Assembly: GCF_000092465.1 (NCBI RefSeq)
Contig: NC_014205.1
Span: 510,001 to 542,000 of the forward strand
Source of the DNA: Staphylothermus hellenicus DSM 12710
GTDB taxonomy: Archaea; Thermoproteota; Thermoprotei_A; Sulfolobales; Desulfurococcaceae
Direction of reading: 5' to 3'
Length of the DNA: 32,000 nt
Every line of letters starts with the position of its first letter. Positions within the stretch are counted from its first letter, which is position 1. Positions 1 to 9,096 of the stretch are shown one piece after another. The notes under the pieces are model-generated. The model searched no databases. It had not been told where the DNA came from and was given only the letters and a program-made list of their open reading frames with translations. The position numbers and the translations under genes are program-made.

Positions 1-928
1 TAACCTGATTCATAGGCGGCAGTTTTTCAATTATTTTCTTAGCATTTTCAAGAATATAGCTTATTCCTTCTCTAGTAACAATATTTGCTTCTTTCTCATT
101 TATGGATAAATCTTCTGCTGTAGGACCTATAAGTAGTGTTTCTTCAATTGTTTTTAATATGTATACTCCTTTTGTTTTGGGTGTTGGTGTTGTATGTATG
201 ATTTTGTCTGGTTTGGGATGAGCTGTTTTATCAAATAATATGTATTGGCCTCTTCTCGGATGAATAGTATAGTCATTTATGCCTACCATACGAGCTATTT
301 CATCGGCAAATAGGCCGGCTGTATTAATAACTATGTCTGCTTCGTAAACATTATTGTTTGTAACTACTTCTTTCACTTGTTTATCCCTAGTAACTATATT
401 AACCACTTTCTCTCCCAGAACAAATCTCACACCATTATCTACGCTGTTCTCAGCTAAGGCTATACATGCTTGGACAGGGTCTATTGAGCCAGCTGATGGA
501 GCATATAGTCCTGCCACACTATTCTTATTTATACTGGGCTCTAGCTTGAAAAGTTCTTCACCCTCAACAATCCTAACGCCTGGAACACTGTTTCTCCTAG
601 CTAGTTCGAGATAATGTTTTAATACATGGTATTCTTCCTCATTTGTTGCAACAATTATTTCTCCCGGCCACTTATTCGGTATATCTAGTTCTCGAACCCA
701 TTCATACCATATATTATGCCCTTCCAGGCAGAGCTTTGTTCTTAAAGGATGCTTATCAGGATCCTCTTCGTGGCATGGATGAATAATTGAAGTATTAGCT
801 TTACTAACCCCCCATCCAACATCGGGGTTTTTATCAATAACAGTGATTTCTAGGTTTTCGAAACGTGACAGAACCCTTGCAATACTTAACCCTACAATGC
901 CTGCTCCAATAATTATAACTCTATACAC
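1..928 (-). CDS. FAD-dependent oxidoreductase, DAO family (GlpA/LhgO-like). Only the N-terminal ~309 codons are present; the gene runs off the left edge.
   Basis: Hand translation of the minus strand is open from GTG at 928 (TTG at 931 is also possible) down to position 1. It begins VYRVIIIGAGIVGLSIARVLS, a GxGxxG FAD Rossmann motif. Later stretches (INTAGLFADEIARMVG, HPRRGQYILFDK, GVYILKTIEETLLIGPTAED) are typical of DAO-type flavoproteins. It is absent from the ORF track because there is no stop in the window. Confidence 0.75.
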   Translation of the reverse strand, partial: MYRVIIIGAGIVGLSIARVLSRFENLEITVIDKNPDVGWGVSKANTSIIHPCHEEDPDKHPLRTKLCLEGHNIWYEWVRELDIPNKWPGEIIVATNEEEYHVLKHYLELARRNSVPGVRIVEGEELFKLEPSINKNSVAGLYAPSAGSIDPVQACIALAENSVDNGVRFVLGEKVVNIVTRDKQVKEVVTNNNVYEADIVINTAGLFADEIARMVGINDYTIHPRRGQYILFDKTAHPKPDKIIHTTPTPKTKGVYILKTIEETLLIGPTAEDLSINEKEANIVTREGISYILENAKKIIEKLPPMNQV

Positions 929-1002
929 CAAATCTTTACACTCCACTAGGTTTTTCATGAAGCAATAATTATGTTTTTATTTTGGAAAAAAATTTTATTG
1001 TC

Positions 1003-1083
1003 GGCCCCGCCGCGCGGACCTGCTCATCCCAACCCCCCATGTGTATGAGGGGTTATTTGCAGGTCCAGAGGCTCGGGGCCCCA
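1003..1083. ncRNA. GC-rich structured RNA candidate of unknown class (long irregular hairpin)
   Basis: 55 of 80 nt are G/C by hand count, inside an AT-rich divergent intergenic region. Nested helices: GGCCCCG 1003-1009 with CGGGGCC 1074-1080; GGACCTGC 1016-1023 with GCAGGTCC 1059-1066; AACCCC 1031-1036 with GGGGTT 1049-1054, plus CAT/ATG around a GTGT loop. On the plus strand a TATA-like TTTTTATT lies ~26 nt upstream. On the minus strand a T7 run (986-992) follows immediately. The strand is therefore unresolved. Confidence 0.45.
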
Positions 1084-1194
1084 TATAATTAATAATGTAT
1101 ATTGGGTGGATTAGTATTTATTTCATGTTTGATATTTTATTTATGTATAATACGGGAATCGTGACTGAATTGTTTATAGGAGGGGTTATAGTGG

Positions 1195-2754
1195 ATGAGC
1201 CGAGGTAATAATGGTAAATATTATCTACCGAGTAGACAGTACAGAATCGTCGAGGTTCTTTTGAATACTGGGCCGCTCAGTGTTGAAGAACTAGCTAGGG
1301 CTTTGAATGAGAAGCCCGAGAATATAATGAGGGATCTAGCTGAGCTTGAAGCTAAAGGATTGCTCAGAGTAATTCGTAGAATTAAACAAGTACCAGTAAT
1401 TACTGGTGAGGGCCGCGAAGTTCTGATTAAGAGGACGCCGGAGGAGAGAGTTTTTAGGGTAATGTATAGATGTGCTGGTAAGAGTGTCGGGGATTTCCTA
1501 GAATGCGTTGGCAGTGAAGCAGGTATTGATAAGCAAAAGGCTCGAATAGGTTTTCAGTATCTGGTAAGGAATAAATGTTTAAGTGTTATGAATGGAATCG
1601 TTGTTGTCGATGATGAATATGATTGTCATAGAGCTATAGAGGATGCTTCAATTATAAGATCTGCTCTTGAAAAAATAATGCGTGGTGAAACCATAGGGAA
1701 AGACATTGTTAATGTTCTAAAACGTAGACGGATGGTAAGAATCGAGAAAAAGACAATAATAATCGTTGAACCCAGCAAGGTTCTCGAGAAACTATTTAGA
1801 GAAGGATTAATAGCGAGAAGGGAATTATTAACCGTAGTTACCCCTAAGCCGAGGAGTGAATTAGAAAAATATATTATCAAAGAATTCGACTTAACAATTC
1901 CGCCTCCCAAACCAGTTGGTGGAAGACTAAATGCTTATATCGAGTTCCTCGATCTGGTCCGCGACATATTGGTTTCTATGGGTTTTGAAGAAGTTAAAGG
2001 CCCACATGTTGAATTAGAGTTTTGGAATTTTGATGCATTGTTTCAAGCACAGGATCATCCTGCTAGAGAAATACATGATACTTTCTTCTTAAAAACAGAT
2101 TTCAAAGGCAAAGTACCGGAAGAGCTTCTCAGTAGAGCTGGAAAAATACATGAAATAGGCTGGGGGTATAAGTGGGACCCCATTAGATCTCTTAGACCCA
2201 TTCTCCGCAGCCAAACTACAGCTGTATCTGTTAGAGCAATCTATGAGAGGGGGGAGGGGGAATATAGGGTTTTCAGTCTAGACAGAGTATTTAGGCCTGA
2301 AACACTTGATGCTAAACATGCTATGGAGTTCTACCAACTAGATGGTATCATAGTCGGTAAAAATGTTACGTTTAAACATTTACTAGCATTTTTCAAAGAA
2401 TTCGCTGCAGCTCTAGGGATTAGGGAAGTATGGTTTAAACCTGGATACTTCCCATTCACAGAACCAAGCGTTGAAGGCTTTATTAAGCATCCCAGTCTTG
2501 GATGGATCGAGGTGTTTCCAGGCGGGGTGTTTAGGCCTGAAGTAATGGAGATCCTGGGAGCGCCTGGTGTTAGAGCTATTGCTTGGGGAATAGGTATTGA
2601 TCGACTAGCTATGGCCGTGCTCGGACTAGACGATATCAGGGATCTATTCAGTAAAGACCTTGATTTCCTCCAGAAACTCCCAACACCTATACTGCCATAC
2701 TTCATATCAAAGACTCAGGCTTCAGATGTTAGAGTTGTAAGTGCTCCGAAATAG
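1195..2754 (+). CDS. pheS: Phenylalanyl-tRNA synthetase alpha subunit (archaeal type with N-terminal winged-helix extension)
   Basis: Class II aaRS motifs are present: motif 2 RVFRPETLDAKHAMEFYQLDGIIVG and motif 3 GIGIDRLAMAVLG. A GGAGGGG Shine-Dalgarno-like sequence lies ~10 nt upstream of the ATG. Confidence 0.93.
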   Translation: MSRGNNGKYYLPSRQYRIVEVLLNTGPLSVEELARALNEKPENIMRDLAELEAKGLLRVIRRIKQVPVITGEGREVLIKRTPEERVFRVMYRCAGKSVGDFLECVGSEAGIDKQKARIGFQYLVRNKCLSVMNGIVVVDDEYDCHRAIEDASIIRSALEKIMRGETIGKDIVNVLKRRRMVRIEKKTIIIVEPSKVLEKLFREGLIARRELLTVVTPKPRSELEKYIIKEFDLTIPPPKPVGGRLNAYIEFLDLVRDILVSMGFEEVKGPHVELEFWNFDALFQAQDHPAREIHDTFFLKTDFKGKVPEELLSRAGKIHEIGWGYKWDPIRSLRPILRSQTTAVSVRAIYERGEGEYRVFSLDRVFRPETLDAKHAMEFYQLDGIIVGKNVTFKHLLAFFKEFAAALGIREVWFKPGYFPFTEPSVEGFIKHPSLGWIEVFPGGVFRPEVMEILGAPGVRAIAWGIGIDRLAMAVLGLDDIRDLFSKDLDFLQKLPTPILPYFISKTQASDVRVVSAPK

Positions 2755-2785
2755 TTTAGGATAAGGGGTTTGGGGAAGGAATGCT

Positions 2786-3445
2786 TTGCCATTAATATAC
2801 GTGCTTGATACAAGTGCTGTAACTGATCCCAGGCTTAGAGAGGTTTTTGGAGTTAAAACTTTAGATGGTGTTGTCAGAGAATATGCCCGCCTACTTATAA
2901 GGTCCCATATAGTCTTAGGCGCTGAATTCTATACAACACCTAGTACAGCATTAGAGCTGAGAAGCTTCCTTGAAAGAAACAATGTTAGTAGAGAAGCAAT
3001 TGATATGTTAATGGGAGCCATAACTATTAGATCACCCGACCTATACACTACTCGAATACCAGCAATAATTATGAGTGACTGGATACATGACATGTTAATC
3101 AGGATAACAAAGGGGTTAAGAGTGGCTGAAAATAGTGTACGTAGAGCGGCTCGAAAAGGATATGATTATGGGATAGCAAAGAATAAGAAAGGATTGGAGG
3201 AGAGCGTTGCACAATCAATACATGAGCTTAGAGAAAAGTATCGAGAAGCTACTCGTAAAGGTGTTATTGATACGAGAGTTGATTTCGACCTTGTAGTATT
3301 AGCTCATGAAATAAACGGGGAACTAGTAACTAATGATACTGGGATAATGAAGCTATGCATGCAAATCGGTGTAAAATATATTGAGCCCCCTAGATTTATC
3401 AATAAATTATTCCTATTATTACGGGAGAGAACAGGCAGGGTTTAG
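2786..3445 (+). CDS. HARP-type RNA-free RNase P candidate (UPF0278, PIN-like metallonuclease)
   Basis: 219 aa with a TTG start. The N-terminal IYVLDTSAV is a PIN acidic motif. Other matches: EFYTTPS, IRSP, RITKGLRVAE, LREKYREATRKGVIDTRVDFDLVVLAHEINGELVTNDTGI and IGVKYIEPP. These line up with my memory of Aquifex Aq_880 and archaeal UPF0278 proteins. No HMM search was possible. Confidence 0.75.
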   Translation: MPLIYVLDTSAVTDPRLREVFGVKTLDGVVREYARLLIRSHIVLGAEFYTTPSTALELRSFLERNNVSREAIDMLMGAITIRSPDLYTTRIPAIIMSDWIHDMLIRITKGLRVAENSVRRAARKGYDYGIAKNKKGLEESVAQSIHELREKYREATRKGVIDTRVDFDLVVLAHEINGELVTNDTGIMKLCMQIGVKYIEPPRFINKLFLLLRERTGRV

Positions 3446-3447
3446 GG

Positions 3448-4695
3448 TTGGAAACAGTTCTTCCCCCTAACCAATTAGAGTTTTTCTTGAAGAGACTTTT
3501 GAACTATATATTAAAAGCACATGTAAGCTATGATAAAGCCTTTAGGACAATTATTCACAAATATAGTTTTCCTAGATGGGCTCTACGCATATTTTACAAG
3601 GTAGGATACTATACTGTAACCTATTATTATTCTCTGAGATGGTTATCTGCAAAGAACGGTTACGGAACAAAGCCTGCTGGAATAATAAATTATTTCTCTA
3701 GAATAGGCTTCAGTATTAGAAGGGCGAGATCCCTTATAAGAGACGAAGTTAAACAATTATCTAGAACTAAAAGAATAAGTCTCCTGCATAGTTATCCAGA
3801 ATTCCTCGTGAAAGACTTATTAAATCATATGAGCGAGAAAGAACTGGATAAAATGCTTAAAAAACTTAATGTAAGGAAGAGATGGCTTAGAATAAATACT
3901 TTAAAAACAAGTTATGAATCAGCTTATAAATGCCTAGAAGAAACCGGTATTATTTATCAGAGGAAAAATTTCCCAGACTACATGGTTTATGTAGAGCATC
4001 CAAAATGGGATCCGATAGGTCATAATAAATGTGTGAAAAATGGATATGTTGTTCCACAGGATTTAGCAAGTGCATATGTTGTAGAAGCATTAGAACTAGA
4101 TCGGGATAAGTATTTCTTAGATGCCTGTAGTGCTCCTGGGCTAAAATATAGTTTAGCATTTATGCTTACAGATAATAAACTATATGGTTTCGCTATTGAT
4201 CTAAGCTCCAAGAGAATGAGAACCGGACAAATACTTCTTAAAAGACTTGGCGTTGATTCTTCCCGAACAATATTGATCAATGCAGATTCTGGAAACATTA
4301 AGTTGAGTAGGGTTTTTGATTATGCTTTAGTGGATGCTCCATGTAGTGGATTAGGCTCTGTTTATTCTGACCCGGCTGTTAAATTAAATACGAATAGAAG
4401 ATCCAAGCTGGAACAATACCATAAAAAACAATATAGGATTCTCAAGAATATTCTAAGATATGCTAGGAGAGTAGTATATGCTACATGCAGTATTCACCCA
4501 TTAGAGGGAGAAGAAGTTATTGAGAGAATAGTTAATGAAGGATTAGCTGAAACCAATAAAATAAATTTACCTGGTTTATCAACAGCTTATAAGGGCTTTA
4601 ATATCAGTAACAGCACCTATAGAGTATTACCGCATACAATGAATAGTCAAGGATTCTATATAGCAGTACTGGAAAGCAAGGTGGCTGGTAAATGA
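3448..4695 (+). CDS. RsmB/NOP2/Sun-family RNA (cytosine-C5)-methyltransferase
   Basis: SAM-binding motif DACSAPGLK, catalytic motif IV DAPCSGLG and motif VI ATCSIHPLEGEEV. The TTG start lies 2 nt after the upstream stop. Confidence 0.85.
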   Translation: METVLPPNQLEFFLKRLLNYILKAHVSYDKAFRTIIHKYSFPRWALRIFYKVGYYTVTYYYSLRWLSAKNGYGTKPAGIINYFSRIGFSIRRARSLIRDEVKQLSRTKRISLLHSYPEFLVKDLLNHMSEKELDKMLKKLNVRKRWLRINTLKTSYESAYKCLEETGIIYQRKNFPDYMVYVEHPKWDPIGHNKCVKNGYVVPQDLASAYVVEALELDRDKYFLDACSAPGLKYSLAFMLTDNKLYGFAIDLSSKRMRTGQILLKRLGVDSSRTILINADSGNIKLSRVFDYALVDAPCSGLGSVYSDPAVKLNTNRRSKLEQYHKKQYRILKNILRYARRVVYATCSIHPLEGEEVIERIVNEGLAETNKINLPGLSTAYKGFNISNSTYRVLPHTMNSQGFYIAVLESKVAGK

Positions 4696-5675
4696 AGCTA
4701 AAAACAGTTTATGGTCCTCATCCTAGTAGATGTTTCGATTGGAGCCTCGGAGTAGATGTATTACTTCCTCCCAAAAGATGCCCATACAACTGCGTCTATT
4801 GTCCATTAGGGAGAACATCTATTAAAACCATGAAGCCGGCAATGCTCATAGATCCGGGGACTGTTAAGAAAGAACTCGAGGAATTCATACAAGTTAATGG
4901 ATGCATATTCAGCAACATATTAGTATGGGGACACGGTGATCCACTGCTCAACTATCATACACCACTAATAGTTAGAACAATAAGAGAAACCATTAATCAA
5001 TATGGTTGTAGATCAAGTATTAGAATTAGAACAACAGGGTTCGCTTTAGGAGAGAAATGGGCTTTACCGCTACTCGACATTGTAGACGAGATAATTATTC
5101 CCTTTGATGCTGCAGGGGAAACTAGACAAGTAATAAATGATCCTATGGATAATGCAAAGATAAGCTTATTAATAGAGACATTGAGAAACATACCTAAAAC
5201 ATATAGGAGAAAAATAGCCTTTGAAACTAATCTTTTAAAGATAGATGGAATAAAAAACTCTGATCTCCCAATACTAGATGAGCTAACAAGCTATATTAGT
5301 TCAACGGGTATAATGAAGATTTATTTGAAAACAGTAAATAGGCCTTCATGGAAACAAATGATTAAACCTGTTAAAGGAAGATTATTTACAAGGGTCAAGG
5401 ACTACCTGGTGGATAAAGGATACACAGTTAAGGAATGCACGCGTGAAAAACACAGCACAATAATTATATCCTCCGATCTAGAGGAAGCTTTAATTAATCA
5501 TCTCCTGAGGAAACCTCTCAGCACAGACGAGATCAGAACAATATATGGTAATAGAGGAATAGTACTTGCTGAAAAAATGGTGCTGGAAAACCTTATAGAT
5601 AAGATCCCTTGGGGGCAGAAACTATTTTTTAAGGTGAAACAAACAATTGATCTTTATAAATGGATTAGGAGATGA
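4692..5675 (+). CDS. Radical SAM domain protein (function unknown, possibly RNA modification given the operon context)
   Basis: CxxxCxxC cluster motif CPYNCVYCPLG near the N-terminus. Its ATG overlaps the upstream stop (ATGA), which implies translational coupling. Confidence 0.75.
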   Translation: MKLKTVYGPHPSRCFDWSLGVDVLLPPKRCPYNCVYCPLGRTSIKTMKPAMLIDPGTVKKELEEFIQVNGCIFSNILVWGHGDPLLNYHTPLIVRTIRETINQYGCRSSIRIRTTGFALGEKWALPLLDIVDEIIIPFDAAGETRQVINDPMDNAKISLLIETLRNIPKTYRRKIAFETNLLKIDGIKNSDLPILDELTSYISSTGIMKIYLKTVNRPSWKQMIKPVKGRLFTRVKDYLVDKGYTVKECTREKHSTIIISSDLEEALINHLLRKPLSTDEIRTIYGNRGIVLAEKMVLENLIDKIPWGQKLFFKVKQTIDLYKWIRR

Positions 5676-5681
5676 TGTTTT

Positions 5682-5807
5682 ATGGAGGAAAGCATTGAAT
5701 CTAAGATAAGGGAATTAGAGAATAGAATAAATATTCTTGAGCAAAGAATTGATAGAATAGAGAAGATCATTGATGAGATCTATGTTTTGCTTCGCGCGCA
5801 TCTATAG
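5682..5807 (+). CDS. Possible 41-aa coiled-coil micro-protein
   Basis: ATG..TAG ORF found by hand: MEESIESKIRELENRINILEQRIDRIEKIIDEIYVLLRAHL. It shows heptad-like I/L spacing and starts 7 nt after the radical SAM stop. It is too short for the ORF track and there is no homology evidence. Confidence 0.3.
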   Translation: MEESIESKIRELENRINILEQRIDRIEKIIDEIYVLLRAHL

Positions 5808-5876
5808 AATGTTTCTTTTTATCAAGATAAATAGCTAGTGTTTCCGTGAATAGTGCTGCTAAAGCAAAGTAGAAAC

Positions 5877-7850
5877 TTAATATGAGTGCTTCATTAATTG
5901 GATCCAGCTCTGACCCCTCCTTACAACATAGGTTATCCCGCCGCGTAGAGTAATAATAACCTCGTCAGGGATCATGCTATGGACTTCTATTTCGTTCCAA
6001 CCAGCTTTTAGATCATGCATAATAGTATATTCTGTCTCTCTCGATCTAAGCGTTATCCTTACTGCTTCAATGCTGAAAGGCGACCAAATATATGCTACTC
6101 CGCCAGATACTCTTAGATGAAATGGTGGTATGTCGTATTCAATTTTTATTTTTGTCTTAAATTCTTCGAATATTCTATTCCTCCTGTTCCACCCAACTAT
6201 TTTTAGATCAGCATTGTGGATGCCCATCTTCGCCCATACTATATAGAGTGGAATCATTGTTTCGCCTCTTCTAACATTTCTTATAATATTAGTTGTTCCA
6301 AACAATGAGTTATCCTTGGTTGTTAGAACCATGTATAGTTCATCAATTGGTATAATTGAATTTATAGTTATAGGTATGAATGGTCCTAGTTGGCTGGGTA
6401 TGACTGTTGATTGTATACTTAGTTTCTTAAATGCGCTTTTCAGTTCTTGCACCTTTATACTTATATCATCTACTACGGGAAGGAAACCAGGTATTGAGAT
6501 CTCTATGGTGGCTTTGTACTCGCCGGGTTTACTGCCTCGATCAGCTACTATGATCTTGTTTTCACGAGTAGTTATTAATAGTTGGCGGGAACCCCTTCTT
6601 AATACTCTTATATTAGGAACTATTTCCCCTACAGGAATTTCAACTAGACTGTTAACCGGTAACTCGATTTCTTTTAGTTTAAAACTAATCGTTTCTCCTA
6701 GGCTCATATATATGATCTTTGGTATATCCCCTGGGGACCTATATCCTACTAGAACCTCGTCTCCCTGTATACTTATACCTCTAATGCTTCCCGTTATTGA
6801 GTATTTTCCGATATAATCGAACTTTTTACCTTTTCTAGCATATAGATACAAAATACCATTAGAGCCGATTAGTAAGTATTTTCTTGATAGATTTGCAGTG
6901 CTGGTATTTGATGGTGCTTCTAGAGAAGATATTTCATCGCCGGTTAATGGATCGATTAAGTAAATGTTTCTATTGTCATGGACAAGTATTTCTTCTAAAC
7001 CAGTGTTTATATAGGGTGTATAAATGGTCCCATTAAAGCCTCTGCGCCAGAGAGCTGTCTTATTCTTTAGATCAACTGCTAATAGTTCAGAGGTATTATT
7101 CAACACTATTAATCCACGGCTATGATCGTAGTATGCTATTGTATTGGGTATGAGGAATTGTTTAGGAATAAGTGTTTTTGGAATTGAGTATTTCTTTACT
7201 GAGCGATCCCATAAATGGAAGAATATATTTGTTTTCTTACTTGTTGTCTCAATATAGGAAAACCATAATCCATTCCATCCTCCTAGTAGGAGTTTTTCGT
7301 GTTCTTTAACAGTATATTTTTCTTCATCTTTACTATATACTATGACGTCTTTACACTTAGTACCGGGTGGGCCGGTGGTATGTGCTAAAGCAATTATTCT
7401 ATCTCCAACAACGCCTACATCAACATGTATGATAGTACATGTTTTTTTCGAGAAAAACCCGGTTTTAATATTGGATAATTGATAAACAGTTCTTCTACCA
7501 TCAAGAACTATAAATGAATGGGTTCCGTCCGCTAATTGAACAGCTAATCCATGATATTGACCATTATATACGACATTATATAGTGAACCATATATGGGAC
7601 ACATACTTCTATCGTTAAAAAATAAATGATCAACTCCTGACACGTTTTTTACATATGTTCTATAAAGCCTGCCGGCACTAACATATACGAAACTTTTACT
7701 ATACGCTAAGCCGGGATAGGGGCTATGTTCTCCTTTTTTATATATATAAATACTTCTCGGCTTAGCGGGATCGAGTTCTTCACCGATCACCGCATCCTCG
7801 ATAATCATAGGCATCATATATATTTTTTCTTTTACCATTAAACACACCAT
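5877..7850 (-). CDS. Large hypothetical protein, beta-rich (beta-propeller-like N-terminal two thirds, Ig-like C-terminus?)
   Basis: 657-aa uninterrupted ORF. Repeated strand-turn patterns (e.g. ALWRRGFNGTIYTPYI..ILVHDNRNIYLIDPLTGDEI) resemble PQQ/WD-like blades. No signal peptide, no TM segment and no catalytic motif that I recognise. Several Met codons near the start leave the exact start uncertain. Confidence 0.6.
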   Translation of the reverse strand: MVCLMVKEKIYMMPMIIEDAVIGEELDPAKPRSIYIYKKGEHSPYPGLAYSKSFVYVSAGRLYRTYVKNVSGVDHLFFNDRSMCPIYGSLYNVVYNGQYHGLAVQLADGTHSFIVLDGRRTVYQLSNIKTGFFSKKTCTIIHVDVGVVGDRIIALAHTTGPPGTKCKDVIVYSKDEEKYTVKEHEKLLLGGWNGLWFSYIETTSKKTNIFFHLWDRSVKKYSIPKTLIPKQFLIPNTIAYYDHSRGLIVLNNTSELLAVDLKNKTALWRRGFNGTIYTPYINTGLEEILVHDNRNIYLIDPLTGDEISSLEAPSNTSTANLSRKYLLIGSNGILYLYARKGKKFDYIGKYSITGSIRGISIQGDEVLVGYRSPGDIPKIIYMSLGETISFKLKEIELPVNSLVEIPVGEIVPNIRVLRRGSRQLLITTRENKIIVADRGSKPGEYKATIEISIPGFLPVVDDISIKVQELKSAFKKLSIQSTVIPSQLGPFIPITINSIIPIDELYMVLTTKDNSLFGTTNIIRNVRRGETMIPLYIVWAKMGIHNADLKIVGWNRRNRIFEEFKTKIKIEYDIPPFHLRVSGGVAYIWSPFSIEAVRITLRSRETEYTIMHDLKAGWNEIEVHSMIPDEVIITLRGGITYVVRRGQSWIQLMKHSY

Positions 7851-7952
7851 ATATTAATTATGAGGCATACATGATAGTATAGTATTTGTCTTCAAATATG
7901 TATTTTTAACTATGTCATTTATAATAAAATATCTTTGAGGAGGGAACAATAA

Positions 7953-9089
7953 ATGCCTATACGGCATGCCTGGTCAAGAGCTTTACCTAGTAATTGTAGC
8001 TTAGATGCTGTCAGATTTAGAGAAGAATATATAGAGTTAAGATTGTATTGCGCTGATTCTATGACGCTATATACTGTTAACTTCATCAGCGGCAAAGTAG
8101 ATATTAGAAGAATAGGCGAGCCAGAGCTTCGAGGCGCTGTTGAGAGGAAAAGAGAATTCAGAATACTTACTTGCTATAAGGGATATGGTAATAGGGCTTG
8201 GAGCAAGATCTATAGGGGACTAAATACTAAAATGATTTGTAGAAAAGATGTGTGCGTTGTCGCTAATTTGAAGCCTAATTATGCATTAGATATTAGCGCT
8301 GTTACCAGTAATGGTGATGTATTAGAGTCAGTTACTGTTGGTGGTGTATATCATTTTGAGGTTGCGGGTTCTGATAACCTGATTGTTGTTACTACACGTG
8401 GAATTAGGGCTGATTCAACTACTACGATGTTGATCGATGGATCCACTGGATCAGTAATTGATCATGTAACAGGATTCGGTGGATCAGCTGTATCTAGTTT
8501 AGACTATGTATTTGTTTATGGCGAACATGAAGGTAAAATAATTACTCATGGATATAATAATGAAGGAGAAGAAATAATTCCTGGAGGAGAAGAGGGTTTA
8601 CCTATTCTACCACCATTCAATCCTATACCTCATAGAGTTCCTGGTTCAGAGATTTTTGAGGTTAAAAAAGTTGTTTTGATGGAGAAAAACTTTTTGAAAC
8701 TATATAATCCCGAAGATTATGTCATAGAATATACTCTGCTAAAACCCCCATTTACACGTGGAGTATTCAATATTAATATACATAATTATAGCGCGACAGT
8801 TCTTGCTCAGATTATGGGTTGGCCGTTCATTATAAACTATGATTTTAAAGGCAGGGTTATTTGGAGTAGTCATATTATTAGAGATACTATATATGGTATA
8901 GTTACGGGGAATATAGTTGCTCTATATGTTGATAATGGTAAAATACGTGAGACAAAACTATATAGTGTTAAAGACAACACTCTCGTTCTTGAAGAGTCTT
9001 TCGGCCCCAATGCATTACCATTACTTGTTAGAAGAAGCAATATATTATTAACTGATGGTAGAGTTGTTGCTTCCTATATGATGGAGTGA
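7953..9089 (+). CDS. Hypothetical protein, beta-rich, no recognisable motif
   Basis: 378-aa ORF with a GAGGAGGG Shine-Dalgarno-like sequence 8-15 nt upstream. It is divergent from 5877-7850 across a 102-nt AT-rich spacer. Confidence 0.6.
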   Translation: MPIRHAWSRALPSNCSLDAVRFREEYIELRLYCADSMTLYTVNFISGKVDIRRIGEPELRGAVERKREFRILTCYKGYGNRAWSKIYRGLNTKMICRKDVCVVANLKPNYALDISAVTSNGDVLESVTVGGVYHFEVAGSDNLIVVTTRGIRADSTTTMLIDGSTGSVIDHVTGFGGSAVSSLDYVFVYGEHEGKIITHGYNNEGEEIIPGGEEGLPILPPFNPIPHRVPGSEIFEVKKVVLMEKNFLKLYNPEDYVIEYTLLKPPFTRGVFNINIHNYSATVLAQIMGWPFIINYDFKGRVIWSSHIIRDTIYGIVTGNIVALYVDNGKIRETKLYSVKDNTLVLEESFGPNALPLLVRRSNILLTDGRVVASYMME

Positions 9090-9096
9090 TGATGGA

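Noticed and set aside
1003-1086. tRNA gene: a 7-bp GC stem GGCCCCG/CGGGGCC followed by CCA-like sequence
   Set aside because: No D-arm or T-arm (no GTTCRAnnC loop) can be drawn on either strand, and the internal helices are colinear rather than cloverleaf. A split or permuted tRNA half also does not fit.
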